Source: a virus (lineage: Duplodnaviria > Caudoviricetes). From it: a DNA stretch of 63,215 nt. The position numbers and the translations under genes are program-made. The notes beneath the pieces were generated by a model. It was not told the origin of the DNA. It saw nothing but the letters and a program-made list of their open reading frames with translations, and did no database searches. This document shows positions 37,637 through 46,385 of the stretch, in pieces. The stretch spans positions 1 to 63,215 of IMG/VR virus record IMGVR_UViG_3300020021_000008; one strand, written 5' to 3'. The first letter of the stretch is position 1. Each line of letters begins with the position of its first letter.

Positions 37637-37704
37637 GGGAGGTGGTGTTACGCAACGGGTACTTCTTTGGTGAAGCGTTCCCGTAGCACGGTTGTTCCCC
37701 TCCC
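37637..37704 (+). ncRNA. Y-RNA-like unit 2
   Basis: GGGAGG/CCTCCC stem; same motifs. Confidence 0.65.
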
Positions 37705-37718
37705 GCTTTCGCAACCCC

Positions 37719-37785
37719 TGGCGAGTGGTGTTCGGCACGGTTACTTCAGCGGTGATGGTACCGTACCAGCAGTGTTCCCTCGCCA
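37719..37785 (+). ncRNA. Y-RNA-like unit 3
   Basis: TGGCGAG/CTCGCCA stem; same motifs. Confidence 0.65.
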
Positions 37786-37793
37786 CCTCACCT

Positions 37794-37874
37794 GTTGGGT
37801 GGTGTTTGCCGCAGTTACTTCGATCCTCGCCATACTTGAGGCTTTACGTACTGTGGCTGCCGTATTCCCCCAAC
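37794..37874 (+). ncRNA. Y-RNA-like unit 4
   Basis: GTTGGG/CCCAAC stem; TGGTG..AGTTACTTC..TATTCC. Confidence 0.6.
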
Positions 37875-37887
37875 GCCTCTTCCCTGG

Positions 37888-38012
37888 GTGGATGGTGTAG
37901 TTATCGGTTACTTCAACTTTGGGTCGAGGGTTCAAATCCCTCCAGGTGGTGACACCTGTAGCTCAGTTGGTAGAGCAAAAGTCCTCGTGCCGTAACACTG
38001 CTGTTCCTCCAC
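37888..38012 (+). ncRNA. yrlA: YrlA-type Y RNA (tRNA mimic), unit 5
   Basis: T arm GAGGG-TTCAAAT-CCCTC precedes capped acceptor CAGGTG-GTGA-CACCTG and D arm TAGCTCAGTTGGTAGAGC; next to the Ro60 gene. Confidence 0.8.
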
Positions 38013-38014
38013 TG

Positions 38015-38040
38015 GAGGGCCGAAAGGCCCTCCCCTTTTT
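38015..38040 (+). terminator. Intrinsic terminator within the Y-RNA cluster
   Basis: GAGGGCC-GAAA-GGCCCTC followed by CCCTTTTT. Confidence 0.7.
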
Positions 38041-38060
38041 GCCCACAGTCACAACCTAGC

Positions 38061-38202
38061 GTTGCGTGGCGTATGGGTCGGTTACTTCGGTTAGAGCGCC
38101 GACGTCCGCTTGTGTCGGAGGTTGTGGGTTCGAGTCCCACTGAGGGTGGCAGTGATGCTGCGCTTATAGCTCAATCCCAACTGTCCCTCCTGTTCCCGCA
38201 AC
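38061..38202 (+). ncRNA. Y-RNA-like unit 6 with a tRNA-like domain permuted at the D loop
   Basis: GTTGCG/CGCAAC stem; GGTTAGAGC, CCGAC/GTCGG arm, T arm GTGGG-TTCGAGT-CCCAC, hairpin, then TAGCTCAAT. Confidence 0.7.
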
Positions 38203-38222
38203 TCGGAGCCCCGGAGCCCATC

Positions 38223-39533
38223 ATGGAACTCAACCGCACAGTCGGTCCCGTCACTTTCGAGGGAGCCCCCGCAGCGCCCACCACTCCCGAGCAGGCTCTC
38301 CGCCGCTCGGTAATGTCGTGCCTGTTGTGGGAGCGTGAGTTCTACGAGGATGGAACAGCAATTGCGGACCGCATAGAGATACTCTGTGCCAAGGTTCCCC
38401 ACAGCGTCATCGCGGCACTCGCCATCGAGGCCAGGCATAAAATGCACCTGCGGCACGTGCCGCTCCTGCTGTTGGCAACGCTTGCCAAGCTGGCCCCGGG
38501 GTCATCTCTGGTGTCCGACACCATCGAAACCACCGTGGCGAGAGCGGACGAGCTTACCGAACTCCTTGCCATCTACTGGCGCCGTGGCAAGTGCCCGCTG
38601 AGTGCCCAACTCAAGAAGGGCCTCGCCAAGGCATTCCGCAAGTTCAACTCCTACCAGCTGGCCAAGTACAACCGCCCGAAGCCAATTCGCTTGCGGGATG
38701 TGATGTTCCTCGTCCACGCCAAGCCGGACGCCGAGAGCGAGTCCACCTATCGGGACCTCGCAAACAAGACTCTTGCCTCGCCCGACACCTGGGAGGTCGC
38801 TCTGAGTGCCGGTGCGGACAAGTGCGAAACGTTCACTCGGCTCATCAAGGCCGGAGAGCTGGGGTATTTGGCGCTCCTCCGTAACCTCCGCAACATGGCC
38901 GAGGCGGGAGTGGACACAGAGCTAGTCCGCAACGCCATTGTCGCAGGGAAGGGGGCGCATCAGGTCCTCCCTTTCCGCTACGTTGCGGCGCTGAGAGCCG
39001 CCCCTCAGTTCGCGAACGAACTCGACTACGCCTTACAGCAGTCCATCGCGAAGCTGCCCCTGCTACTCGGAACCACTCTGGTGGTGGTGGATGTGTCGGG
39101 CTCGATGAACGATACGCTGTCCCAGCGTTCGGACCTCACTCGCATGGACGCCGCTGCGGCCCTCGCCGCACTCATCAACGGGAGTCGCCTCAGGGTATTT
39201 ACCTTCTCCGACAAGGTGGTCGAGTGTGCTCCGTGGCGCGGCCTCGCTGGGATCTCCGAGATCCTTGGCTCCCAGCACCACTCGGGCACGTACCTCGGCC
39301 AGGCCCTTGCCACCATCCTCGCCGCAACAGAGAACCAGTGGGACCGCCTGATTGTCATCACTGACGAGCAGTCCCATGATCGTGTGAGGCACCCTGGCCG
39401 GGGCCGCTGTTACATGATCAACGTCGCCAGTGCGAAGCACGGCGTCGGCTACGGCGAGTGGCTTCACATCGACGGCTTCAGCGAAAATGTGATCCGCTAC
39501 ATCGCCGAGTTCGAAGCAGCTTTGGCCCGGTAA
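38223..39533 (+). CDS. rsr: Ro60/Rsr TROVE-domain RNA-binding protein with vWA domain
   Basis: TFEGAPA, SCLLWEREFYEDG, RHVPL, RADEL, YQLAKY, TWEVALS, ALLRNLRN, PFRY, VDVSGSM, IVITDEQ; start 38223 (GGAG RBS). Confidence 0.92.
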   Translation: MELNRTVGPVTFEGAPAAPTTPEQALRRSVMSCLLWEREFYEDGTAIADRIEILCAKVPHSVIAALAIEARHKMHLRHVPLLLLATLAKLAPGSSLVSDTIETTVARADELTELLAIYWRRGKCPLSAQLKKGLAKAFRKFNSYQLAKYNRPKPIRLRDVMFLVHAKPDAESESTYRDLANKTLASPDTWEVALSAGADKCETFTRLIKAGELGYLALLRNLRNMAEAGVDTELVRNAIVAGKGAHQVLPFRYVAALRAAPQFANELDYALQQSIAKLPLLLGTTLVVVDVSGSMNDTLSQRSDLTRMDAAAALAALINGSRLRVFTFSDKVVECAPWRGLAGISEILGSQHHSGTYLGQALATILAATENQWDRLIVITDEQSHDRVRHPGRGRCYMINVASAKHGVGYGEWLHIDGFSENVIRYIAEFEAALAR

Positions 39534-39540
39534 ATCCTCC

Positions 39541-39777
39541 ATGGAAGAGTACGAAATCCTAGCGCTGCTTTACGATGCTCTGGCCTCGAAGCTGGGGATT
39601 GCAGTCCGAGTGTCACACTTTTCTACAGCGAGTCAGATGCTCGGCAACGCCAGGAAGAAGTGTGGCGATCCGGCCCTACAGTCGCTCCAGTTTCGAGCTA
39701 GCCCATACGCCGAGGACGAGTTGTGGATTGTCCGGGCCGGCGCGGTAAAGCTGCCGCCAGGGGAAGACGACAAGTGA
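39541..39777 (+). CDS. Hypothetical protein
   Basis: Operon spacing. Confidence 0.65.
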   Translation: MEEYEILALLYDALASKLGIAVRVSHFSTASQMLGNARKKCGDPALQSLQFRASPYAEDELWIVRAGAVKLPPGEDDK

Positions 39778-39962
39778 CCTTGTACTGGATGAAAGTTCTC
39801 GAGGTTGGAGGAAGCGCGATAGTAATTGCGTTGGGCACGTGGATGTGTTTTCTGCTGATAGAGTGGATGGTGAACGGCCCAACTGTGAAAAATTTACTGC
39901 TGATCGGTGTGCTGGCAATTGCAGTTATTTTAGGCACCGCAGCACTAGCACTGTTGCCGTAA
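39774..39962 (+). CDS. Small membrane protein
   Basis: GTGA overlap; two hydrophobic helices. Confidence 0.5.
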   Translation: MTLYWMKVLEVGGSAIVIALGTWMCFLLIEWMVNGPTVKNLLLIGVLAIAVILGTAALALLP

Positions 39963-39977
39963 CCAGAGGGACGAGTA

Positions 39978-40229
39978 ATGCCAAAGTACGAAAGTGAAGA
40001 GATTGCTCGGCGCCACATCTGGTTGTATGCGAGGGATATAGAGCGAACAGAGTTGCTGTTTGGTCGAACGCTGGGCTTCAGTAAAGCGATCCGCCTCATG
40101 GTCAGGAAGTTCCTGAACTCTGTCGAGGCAAAGGGCCTCATCGAGGCCCATCACCCCATCGTCACCGAGAGTGACCTCAAGCTCATGGAAGAGATGGTGG
40201 ACGGAAGCGAGGAGGACACAGTTCTATGA
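39978..40229 (+). CDS. Small protein, possibly ribbon-helix-helix type
   Basis: RRHIWLY..SKAIRLMVRKFL. Confidence 0.55.
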   Translation: MPKYESEEIARRHIWLYARDIERTELLFGRTLGFSKAIRLMVRKFLNSVEAKGLIEAHHPIVTESDLKLMEEMVDGSEEDTVL

Positions 40230-40429
40230 CAGCCCTTAGCGAGGCGTCACCACAGAGTCTCGACGAACTTTTTAGTCGGGACCCTCTCAAGCTCTCCGAC
40301 GCCGACATTACTGTCATTGTCGTGGAACTCCGCAGACAGCGAGAGAAATGGGAACTGAGCGGAACCAAGAGCAAAGACCCTGACGCCAAGCGTGTTGTTC
40401 CAAAATCACTATCTGACATAGGCCTCTAG
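40226..40429 (+). CDS. Hypothetical protein ending SLSDIGL
   Basis: GAGGAGG RBS; ATGA overlap. Confidence 0.7.
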   Translation: MTALSEASPQSLDELFSRDPLKLSDADITVIVVELRRQREKWELSGTKSKDPDAKRVVPKSLSDIGL

Positions 40430-40431
40430 CC

Positions 40432-41370
40432 ATGGTCAACAGCTCCTTCTCCACCGTATTGCCAACCCTGCAATTGGCCTGGGACTCCACCAGTCTCGGC
40501 GCCCTCAAAACCTGCGGGAGGTTCTACCAGTACGAACTGATTGAGGGCTGGACTCCCAAGCGCCCCAGCGTCCACCTCGTGTTCGGACAGATTTTCCACT
40601 CGGCTCTCGAGGAGTATGACCGGGCGAGGTTCCTGGGTGTGGACCACGAGGGAGCAACCATCGTTGCCGTGAGGGTGGTCTTGGAGCAGACCTGGAACAA
40701 GAGCCTCAACCGCCCTATCACCTGGGACGACAAGAACAAGAACCGCTTCACCCTGCTCCGCTCGATAGTCTGGTACCTCGAACAGTTCAAAATCGACCCC
40801 ATTGAGACCGTCCGGCTCGCCAACGGCAGACCTGCCGTGGAGTTGTCATTCCGCTACGAGAACGGCTATACCAGCACTCTGACCGGAGAGCCGTTCCTCT
40901 CGTGCGGTCACATGGACCGCCTCGGTACACTGAACGGCCAGACCTACATAGTTGACCGGAAAACGACTAAGTCCACGATCTCCCAGGACTTTTTCGGCAA
41001 GTTCAGCCCGGATAATCAGTTCAGCCAGTACGTGTTGGCGAGTAAGATCGTCTATGGCCTCCCCGTAGCCGGACTGATTGTCGACGCCGCCCAGGTCGCC
41101 ATCACGTTCAGCGCCTTTCAGCGGGGCTTCATCACCCGCACCCCGGCACAGATCGAAGAGTGGCACCAGGACCTTGGCCACTGGTTACAGCTCGCCGAGC
41201 GCTATGCCGCCAATAACTATTGGCCGATGAACGACAAAAGCTGCAACAACTACGGCGGCTGCAGGTACCGGGGGATCTGCAGCAAATCTCCGCAGGTGCG
41301 CCAGCAGTGGCTAGAGGCGGACTACAATAAGCGGGTGTGGGACCCACTCCAAATCCGAGGAGACGTGTGA
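40432..41370 (+). CDS. Cas4-like PD-(D/E)XK exonuclease
   Basis: KTC, FGQIFHSALE, VELSF, GHMDRL..IVDRKTT, QFSQY, C....GC.YRGIC Fe-S cysteines. Confidence 0.85.
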   Translation: MVNSSFSTVLPTLQLAWDSTSLGALKTCGRFYQYELIEGWTPKRPSVHLVFGQIFHSALEEYDRARFLGVDHEGATIVAVRVVLEQTWNKSLNRPITWDDKNKNRFTLLRSIVWYLEQFKIDPIETVRLANGRPAVELSFRYENGYTSTLTGEPFLSCGHMDRLGTLNGQTYIVDRKTTKSTISQDFFGKFSPDNQFSQYVLASKIVYGLPVAGLIVDAAQVAITFSAFQRGFITRTPAQIEEWHQDLGHWLQLAERYAANNYWPMNDKSCNNYGGCRYRGICSKSPQVRQQWLEADYNKRVWDPLQIRGDV

Positions 41371-41642
41371 TGTTAAGTCATTACTTTGGAGTTGACGCCA
41401 TAGAACGTTACCTCAAGGAATTGCAGCAGCAGTGTGCTGCGAACATCAACCAAGCAGGCATGCAGCCCAACGACCCATTCGAGGGTGATCCTGCGGCCAA
41501 GGCACTCCACGACCAGCTTGCCGCGGAGGAGGCCGAGACCGCTGTGTGCCCTCTGTGTCGCGACACCGTTCCGCGCTCCAAACCCCAATGTACCTCAGTC
41601 GCATTCTGCAACTCGATGCCAGTCAGGAGAGCCCCGCTATGA
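41370..41642 (+). CDS. Hypothetical protein
   Basis: TGATG coupling; CPLC..C....C. Confidence 0.55.
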   Translation: MLSHYFGVDAIERYLKELQQQCAANINQAGMQPNDPFEGDPAAKALHDQLAAEEAETAVCPLCRDTVPRSKPQCTSVAFCNSMPVRRAPL

Positions 41643-41986
41643 GCACAGGATGGATCGGAGTGGACCTCGACGGCACTCTAGCTCACTATGACGGATGGGT
41701 GGACAGCAGCCACATAGGAGCCCCAATACCCGTCATGGTGGATCGAGTTCGTCGGTGGATCGACAGTGGACTCACGGTCAAAATCTTCACAGCTCGTTTC
41801 CACAACGGCCCAAAGGCCATAGCAGTTATCAACGAGTGGAGCCTGTTCCACCTGGGCCAAGTCCTCGAAGTCACCGCAACCAAGGACTTTCGCATGGTGG
41901 AACTCTGGGACGACCGAGCCATTCGAGTTCGCATCAACACGGGAGAAATCATCCTCGGTTCCGATCTATTAGGAGAGCCCTCATGA
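41639..41986 (+). CDS. HAD-superfamily phosphatase-like protein
   Basis: IGVDLDGTLA, IFTAR, K..LWDDRA. Confidence 0.8.
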   Translation: MSTGWIGVDLDGTLAHYDGWVDSSHIGAPIPVMVDRVRRWIDSGLTVKIFTARFHNGPKAIAVINEWSLFHLGQVLEVTATKDFRMVELWDDRAIRVRINTGEIILGSDLLGEPS

Positions 41987-42118
41987 CCTGGGAAAAGCCC
42001 CCTCCACCTCCAGTGCCGTTCGAAGTCCCCACCTCCGTCAACTGGCACTGCACTGCTTGCGGAGCCCGCAATCGCAACCACTGGGACCACTGCTCAGAGT
42101 GTGGTTCGGAGAAACCTC

Positions 42119-43024
42119 ATGCCCCCTCTCAGCCAGCACCAGTCCGCCACAACCACCAAGCTTCTACTTATTGGCGACTCGGGCAGTGGCAAGACGGGGG
42201 CGCTGGCATCCCTAGCTTCTGCGGGGTTCAATCTCCGAGTGCTGGATCTGGACAACGGCCTGGACGTGCTGCACAACCTCCTATCGGATCCAAGAAGTCC
42301 GTATGCGAAGGACTCCCTGGACCGAGTAAAATTCGTCACTCTGACCGAACCTATGAAGATGGTAGGGAAGACCCTGCAGCCGGTCCGAGTGGACGTGTGG
42401 CCCAGGACCATGAACATGCTCTACCACTGGATGGAGCCAGCCACGCCGGACTCCCCGGCCCTGGACCTCGGTTTGTTGACCTCGTGGACTCCGCAGGACG
42501 TACTTGTTATAGACTCGCTATCGACCTTCTCAACAGCCGCGATGAACTTCGTGCTCTCCATGAACGGTCGAGTGGGCAAGGCCCCCTTTCAGTCCGACTT
42601 CGGACAGGCACAGAACCTAGTCGAGTCGGCGTTGCAGATGCTCTTCGACAGCACAATAAAGTGCAACGTTATTGTGACTGCTCATATTGCGTTTATTGGC
42701 GAGGACAACGGGCCACTCCGGGGATACCCGGCCAGCCTCGGGAAAGCACTACCACCGAAGGTCGGGAGGTACTTCAATACTATGTTGGGTGTAAAAAGCA
42801 CGGGGCAGGGCAGTGCGGTCCGGCGCAAGATCCACACCAACACCCAGGGAGTGATCGACCTCAAGAACACGGCGCCCCTCCGCGTCCCGCCGGACTTTCC
42901 CATCGAGACTGGGCTAGCAGAGTACTTCAAACTGGTCCGAGGGGCCGGAACTTCGGTCCCCGTTACAACTGGTAACACCGTCGAGCCAACCCCTGCCATG
43001 GCTGCACTGGAGCCGCCGCGATGA
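42119..43024 (+). CDS. AAA_24/Sak4-like ATPase (recombinase-type)
   Basis: LLIGDSGSGKTG, LDLDNG, VLVIDSLS, VTAH. Confidence 0.8.
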   Translation: MPPLSQHQSATTTKLLLIGDSGSGKTGALASLASAGFNLRVLDLDNGLDVLHNLLSDPRSPYAKDSLDRVKFVTLTEPMKMVGKTLQPVRVDVWPRTMNMLYHWMEPATPDSPALDLGLLTSWTPQDVLVIDSLSTFSTAAMNFVLSMNGRVGKAPFQSDFGQAQNLVESALQMLFDSTIKCNVIVTAHIAFIGEDNGPLRGYPASLGKALPPKVGRYFNTMLGVKSTGQGSAVRRKIHTNTQGVIDLKNTAPLRVPPDFPIETGLAEYFKLVRGAGTSVPVTTGNTVEPTPAMAALEPPR

Positions 43025-43154
43025 ACCGTCGTCACAGGCACGACACTCAATACCTCTCCATCCGTGAGGTAGAGCGCTGGGCGTGGCCGGATCGCACTCT
43101 CATGACCCCTGCCATAGTGCTATTGCACCAGCGCCCTCTCTCGGAGATCCAACT

Positions 43155-43409
43155 ATGCCAACTCCTTCGGACTTGCGTCACTCCGATATCGAAGAAAAGC
43201 ACCGTACACAAATGAACGCCCTAGCCGCACTTCTTCAAGACGAGTTCCCCGAGTACGGCTTCGCCCTACTGGTTTTCGACTTCAACAGCCCAGGGAGGAT
43301 GAACTACATCAGCAACGCACAACGAGCCGATATGGTCAACGCACTCAAGGAGCTTATCACCAAGTTCGAAAGTCAAACACATGGCCAAGCACGCACCCCC
43401 ACAACCTAG
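43155..43409 (+). CDS. Hypothetical protein
   Basis: GGAG RBS; GFALLVFDF..NYISNAQRADM. Confidence 0.7.
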   Translation: MPTPSDLRHSDIEEKHRTQMNALAALLQDEFPEYGFALLVFDFNSPGRMNYISNAQRADMVNALKELITKFESQTHGQARTPTT

Positions 43410-43437
43410 CGCAACAACCTCCACGGAGTCCACTCCC

Positions 43438-43881
43438 ATGTCCGACAGCAACATCGCCACCGACTTCCGCGCCCTGCTCTCGAAGCCCGCCGACTCGATC
43501 GAGCGTCCGAAGCCCCTCCCTGCCGGAACCTATGAGGGGACCATCACCAAGTACGAATACGGCAAGTCCAAGGAGAAGAAGACCCCCTACGTGAGGTATT
43601 TCGTCCAGGTCAACTCCGCAGGCGAGGATGTGGACCCCGTTGAGATGGACGGAATCGACCTCAGCAAAAAGCAACTCCGTCGCGACTACTACCTCACCGA
43701 CGACGCCGAGTACCGAGTGAAGGAACTGTGGGAGTCCTGTGGCATTGACGGCACGGGGAGGGCTCTCGGCGAAATCCTCCCAGACCTCATCGGGTGCCAG
43801 GTGCTCTTGGAGGTCACTACGCGGAACAGCGACGACGGCAAGGACACCTACAACGACGTAGGCAACCTCAAAGGCGTGTAG
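43438..43881 (+). CDS. DUF669-like single-strand DNA-binding protein
   Basis: PLPAGTYEGTI..KSKEKKTPY OB-like pattern; beside the AAA and nuclease genes. Confidence 0.65.
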   Translation: MSDSNIATDFRALLSKPADSIERPKPLPAGTYEGTITKYEYGKSKEKKTPYVRYFVQVNSAGEDVDPVEMDGIDLSKKQLRRDYYLTDDAEYRVKELWESCGIDGTGRALGEILPDLIGCQVLLEVTTRNSDDGKDTYNDVGNLKGV

Positions 43882-43886
43882 CTAGG

Positions 43887-43906
43887 GTGGGGGCGAAAGC
43901 CCCCAC
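43887..43906 (+). terminator. GC hairpin (terminator or processing site)
   Basis: GTGGGGGC-GAAA-GCCCCCAC; weak U tail. Confidence 0.5.
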
Positions 43907-43932
43907 TTCCGCACTCTGTAGGAGCCCTCGCT

Positions 43933-45324
43933 ATGCCCATCACCGACGACTTCCAAGTAATCCACACTGCCTCCATTATCATCAATCGTGACGAGCGCCA
44001 GCGCAGCAAAATCGACACAGGGTCGCTTCGCGACAGCATCCGGCGCAACGGCCTCATCAGCCCGGTCGTAGTGACCAGGGATCTGGTGCTGGTGGCCGGT
44101 GAGCGCCGCCTTACGGCGTGTCGAGAACTCGGTCACGAGACCATTGCAGTGAGGTTCGTGGAGGATCTCTCGCCCCTGGAACTCATGATCATTGAGCTAG
44201 AGGAGAACCTCAAACGGAGTGATTTGCCGTGGCAGGACGAAGTGAAGGCCGTGGCGAAACTTCACGAGTTGTACTGCACCATCACCCCTGGATGGTCGCA
44301 GGTTCAATCCGCCGAGGCCCTCTCCATCGCCGGCTCGTACTTGAGTTCCATTCTACGCGTAGCACGAGAACTCGATGACCCCCGTATCTCGACGGCTACT
44401 GGGGTGATGCCCGCGTACAACGTCCTCGCACGCATTGATGAGCGCAGGATCGGCGATGCAGTAGGCGCCATCATGGATGCCGGGGAGGAGATATTTGCGC
44501 CGCCATCAATCCCGGCGCCACCGCTCAAGCCCGGCGAGAAAGCCCCACCTAAGGCCACCGTGATCGCCGCTCCGGCAGAGTCAATTCTCCAAACATCCTT
44601 TTTCTCCTGGGCACCCCAGTACACCGGACCCAGGTTCAACTTCATCCACTGCGACTTCCCCTACGGAATGAACGTGTTCGGTGGGGCTATGAGCGGCCGT
44701 GACAAGTGGGCCACCACAGCCCAAGGGAAGGCACCGTATAGTGATAGCAAAGAGGACTACTGGAACCTCATCGCGTGTCTCTGCGATAACCTCGACCGAA
44801 TAATGAGCCCGCAAGGGCATCTGATGTTCTGGTTCTCCATGGAGCACTACGTGGCGACTCTCGAGGCTTTCCGCAAGCAAGCACCATCACTGATATTCAG
44901 CCCTTTCCCCCTAGTGTGGGTAAAGAGCGACAACGTGGGGATCCTCCCCGACTCCAACCGTGGTCCCCGGCGAGTGTACGAGACCGCCCTAGTCGCCTCG
45001 CGAGAGGACCGCTTCATCGTCAAACCTGTTGGCAACGCCATCTTCGCTCCCACCAACAAGGACCACCATCCCAGCACCAAGCCCGAGCCCGTGCTCAAGC
45101 ATTTCTTCCAGATGTTCGTGGACGAGAACACCACCCTGTTCGACCCAACGTGTGGGAGTGCCAGTGCTCTACGCGCGGCGGAGTGCCTCGGAGCGAAACG
45201 AGTCCTTGGCCTCGAGTCCGACATCGAACACCACGCAAATGCGTGCTCAGCGCTCAAGCTCTTTCGCACTCTCCGCGCTGCGGCGAACCTGCTGGCGAAG
45301 CCCGAACCCCTGCCGGCACCATGA
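43933..45324 (+). CDS. ParB-N domain fused to an N4/N6 DNA methyltransferase-like domain
   Basis: LVAGERRLTA..ELEENLKR; CDFPYG (DPPY variant), HPSTKP, FDPTCGSAS. Confidence 0.8.
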   Translation: MPITDDFQVIHTASIIINRDERQRSKIDTGSLRDSIRRNGLISPVVVTRDLVLVAGERRLTACRELGHETIAVRFVEDLSPLELMIIELEENLKRSDLPWQDEVKAVAKLHELYCTITPGWSQVQSAEALSIAGSYLSSILRVARELDDPRISTATGVMPAYNVLARIDERRIGDAVGAIMDAGEEIFAPPSIPAPPLKPGEKAPPKATVIAAPAESILQTSFFSWAPQYTGPRFNFIHCDFPYGMNVFGGAMSGRDKWATTAQGKAPYSDSKEDYWNLIACLCDNLDRIMSPQGHLMFWFSMEHYVATLEAFRKQAPSLIFSPFPLVWVKSDNVGILPDSNRGPRRVYETALVASREDRFIVKPVGNAIFAPTNKDHHPSTKPEPVLKHFFQMFVDENTTLFDPTCGSASALRAAECLGAKRVLGLESDIEHHANACSALKLFRTLRAAANLLAKPEPLPAP

Positions 45325-46385
45325 GCGGGCTTGCGCCGCCGTTCGCTCACACCAGTGGGCCAAGGGACGCCTCCGTGGTGCTGGTCGGTGAGGCATGGGG
45401 AGAACAGGAAGAACTAACCGGCTATCCATTTGTAGGTGCATCGGGCCAGGAGTTGTCGCGGATACTACTCGACGCTGGCCTTAAGCGCCAGGACCTCCTG
45501 CTGACGAATGTCCTCGCCAAGCGCCCTCCCAACAATAACATCGATCTCCTCTGCGGTCCCAAGAAAGACGCCGGGTTCAACTATGCACTTGCTCCGCTCC
45601 GACAAGGCAAATACCTCATGCCCGAGCATCTCCCAGAACTCGACCGTCTGGGCGAGGAGTTGGCGTTTGCTCCGCGCACTCTTGTTGTGGCTCTTGGGGC
45701 TACTGCTTGCTGGGCTCTGTTGGGCCGTGGTGCTATTGGGAGTTTACGTGGTGTCGTGGCTCGGGGAGTGGGTCCTGGGGAACACCTAAAAGTGCTCCCG
45801 ACCTACCATCCAGCAGCAGTGTTGCGCAACTGGTCCCTCCGCGTAGTGGTGTTGCAGGATCTGCTCAAAGCCAAGCGGGAGGCGCTGTTCCCCGAGATTC
45901 GCCGTCCGCATCGCGAGGTGTTAGTCGATCCGACACTCCCGGAGATAGCGGAGTGGTATCAGGAGGCTTCCCGTGCTGAGTTGCTCGCTGTTGACATTGA
46001 GACTATGCACAAAACAATCTCCTGCGTGGGCTTTGCACGCAGCGCCAATCGGGCTATCTGCATCCCTTTTGCTGATGATCGATTTCTGGCTCGAAGTTAC
46101 TGGCCTACTGTCGCTGATGAGGTAGCGGCGTGGGAGTGGGTGAGGGCGCTACTGCAACTTCCGGTCCCCAAGGTGTTCCAAAACGGAGTGTATGACATTT
46201 CGTACCTCTGGCGGATGGGCCTCCCCGTCCGCAACAGCCTCCACGATACCATGCTTCTTCACCACTCGATGTTTCCGGAATTGCAGAAGAGTCTCGGGTT
46301 TATGGGCAGCATTTATACCTCGGAGAGTTCATGGAAATTAATGCGGCAGAGGAAGAAGGAAGAAGATTTGAAGAGGGAGGAGTGA
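45321..46385 (+). CDS. Uracil-DNA glycosylase (family 4-like) fused to the N-terminal part of a PolA 3'-5' exonuclease
   Basis: LVGEAWG..PFVGASG..TNV..PTYHPAAVLR; then AVDIET (ExoI), QNGVYD (ExoII), HDTMLL. Confidence 0.85.
   Translation: MSGLAPPFAHTSGPRDASVVLVGEAWGEQEELTGYPFVGASGQELSRILLDAGLKRQDLLLTNVLAKRPPNNNIDLLCGPKKDAGFNYALAPLRQGKYLMPEHLPELDRLGEELAFAPRTLVVALGATACWALLGRGAIGSLRGVVARGVGPGEHLKVLPTYHPAAVLRNWSLRVVVLQDLLKAKREALFPEIRRPHREVLVDPTLPEIAEWYQEASRAELLAVDIETMHKTISCVGFARSANRAICIPFADDRFLARSYWPTVADEVAAWEWVRALLQLPVPKVFQNGVYDISYLWRMGLPVRNSLHDTMLLHHSMFPELQKSLGFMGSIYTSESSWKLMRQRKKEEDLKREE

Noticed and set aside
37888-38202. Canonical tRNA genes
   Set aside because: Arms are in permuted order, the acceptor stems are closed by loops, and there is no standard anticodon loop or CCA end
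38073-38222. N-terminal extension of the TROVE ORF
   Set aside because: Overlaps ncRNA unit 6; the RBS and family-like N-terminus favour ATG 38223
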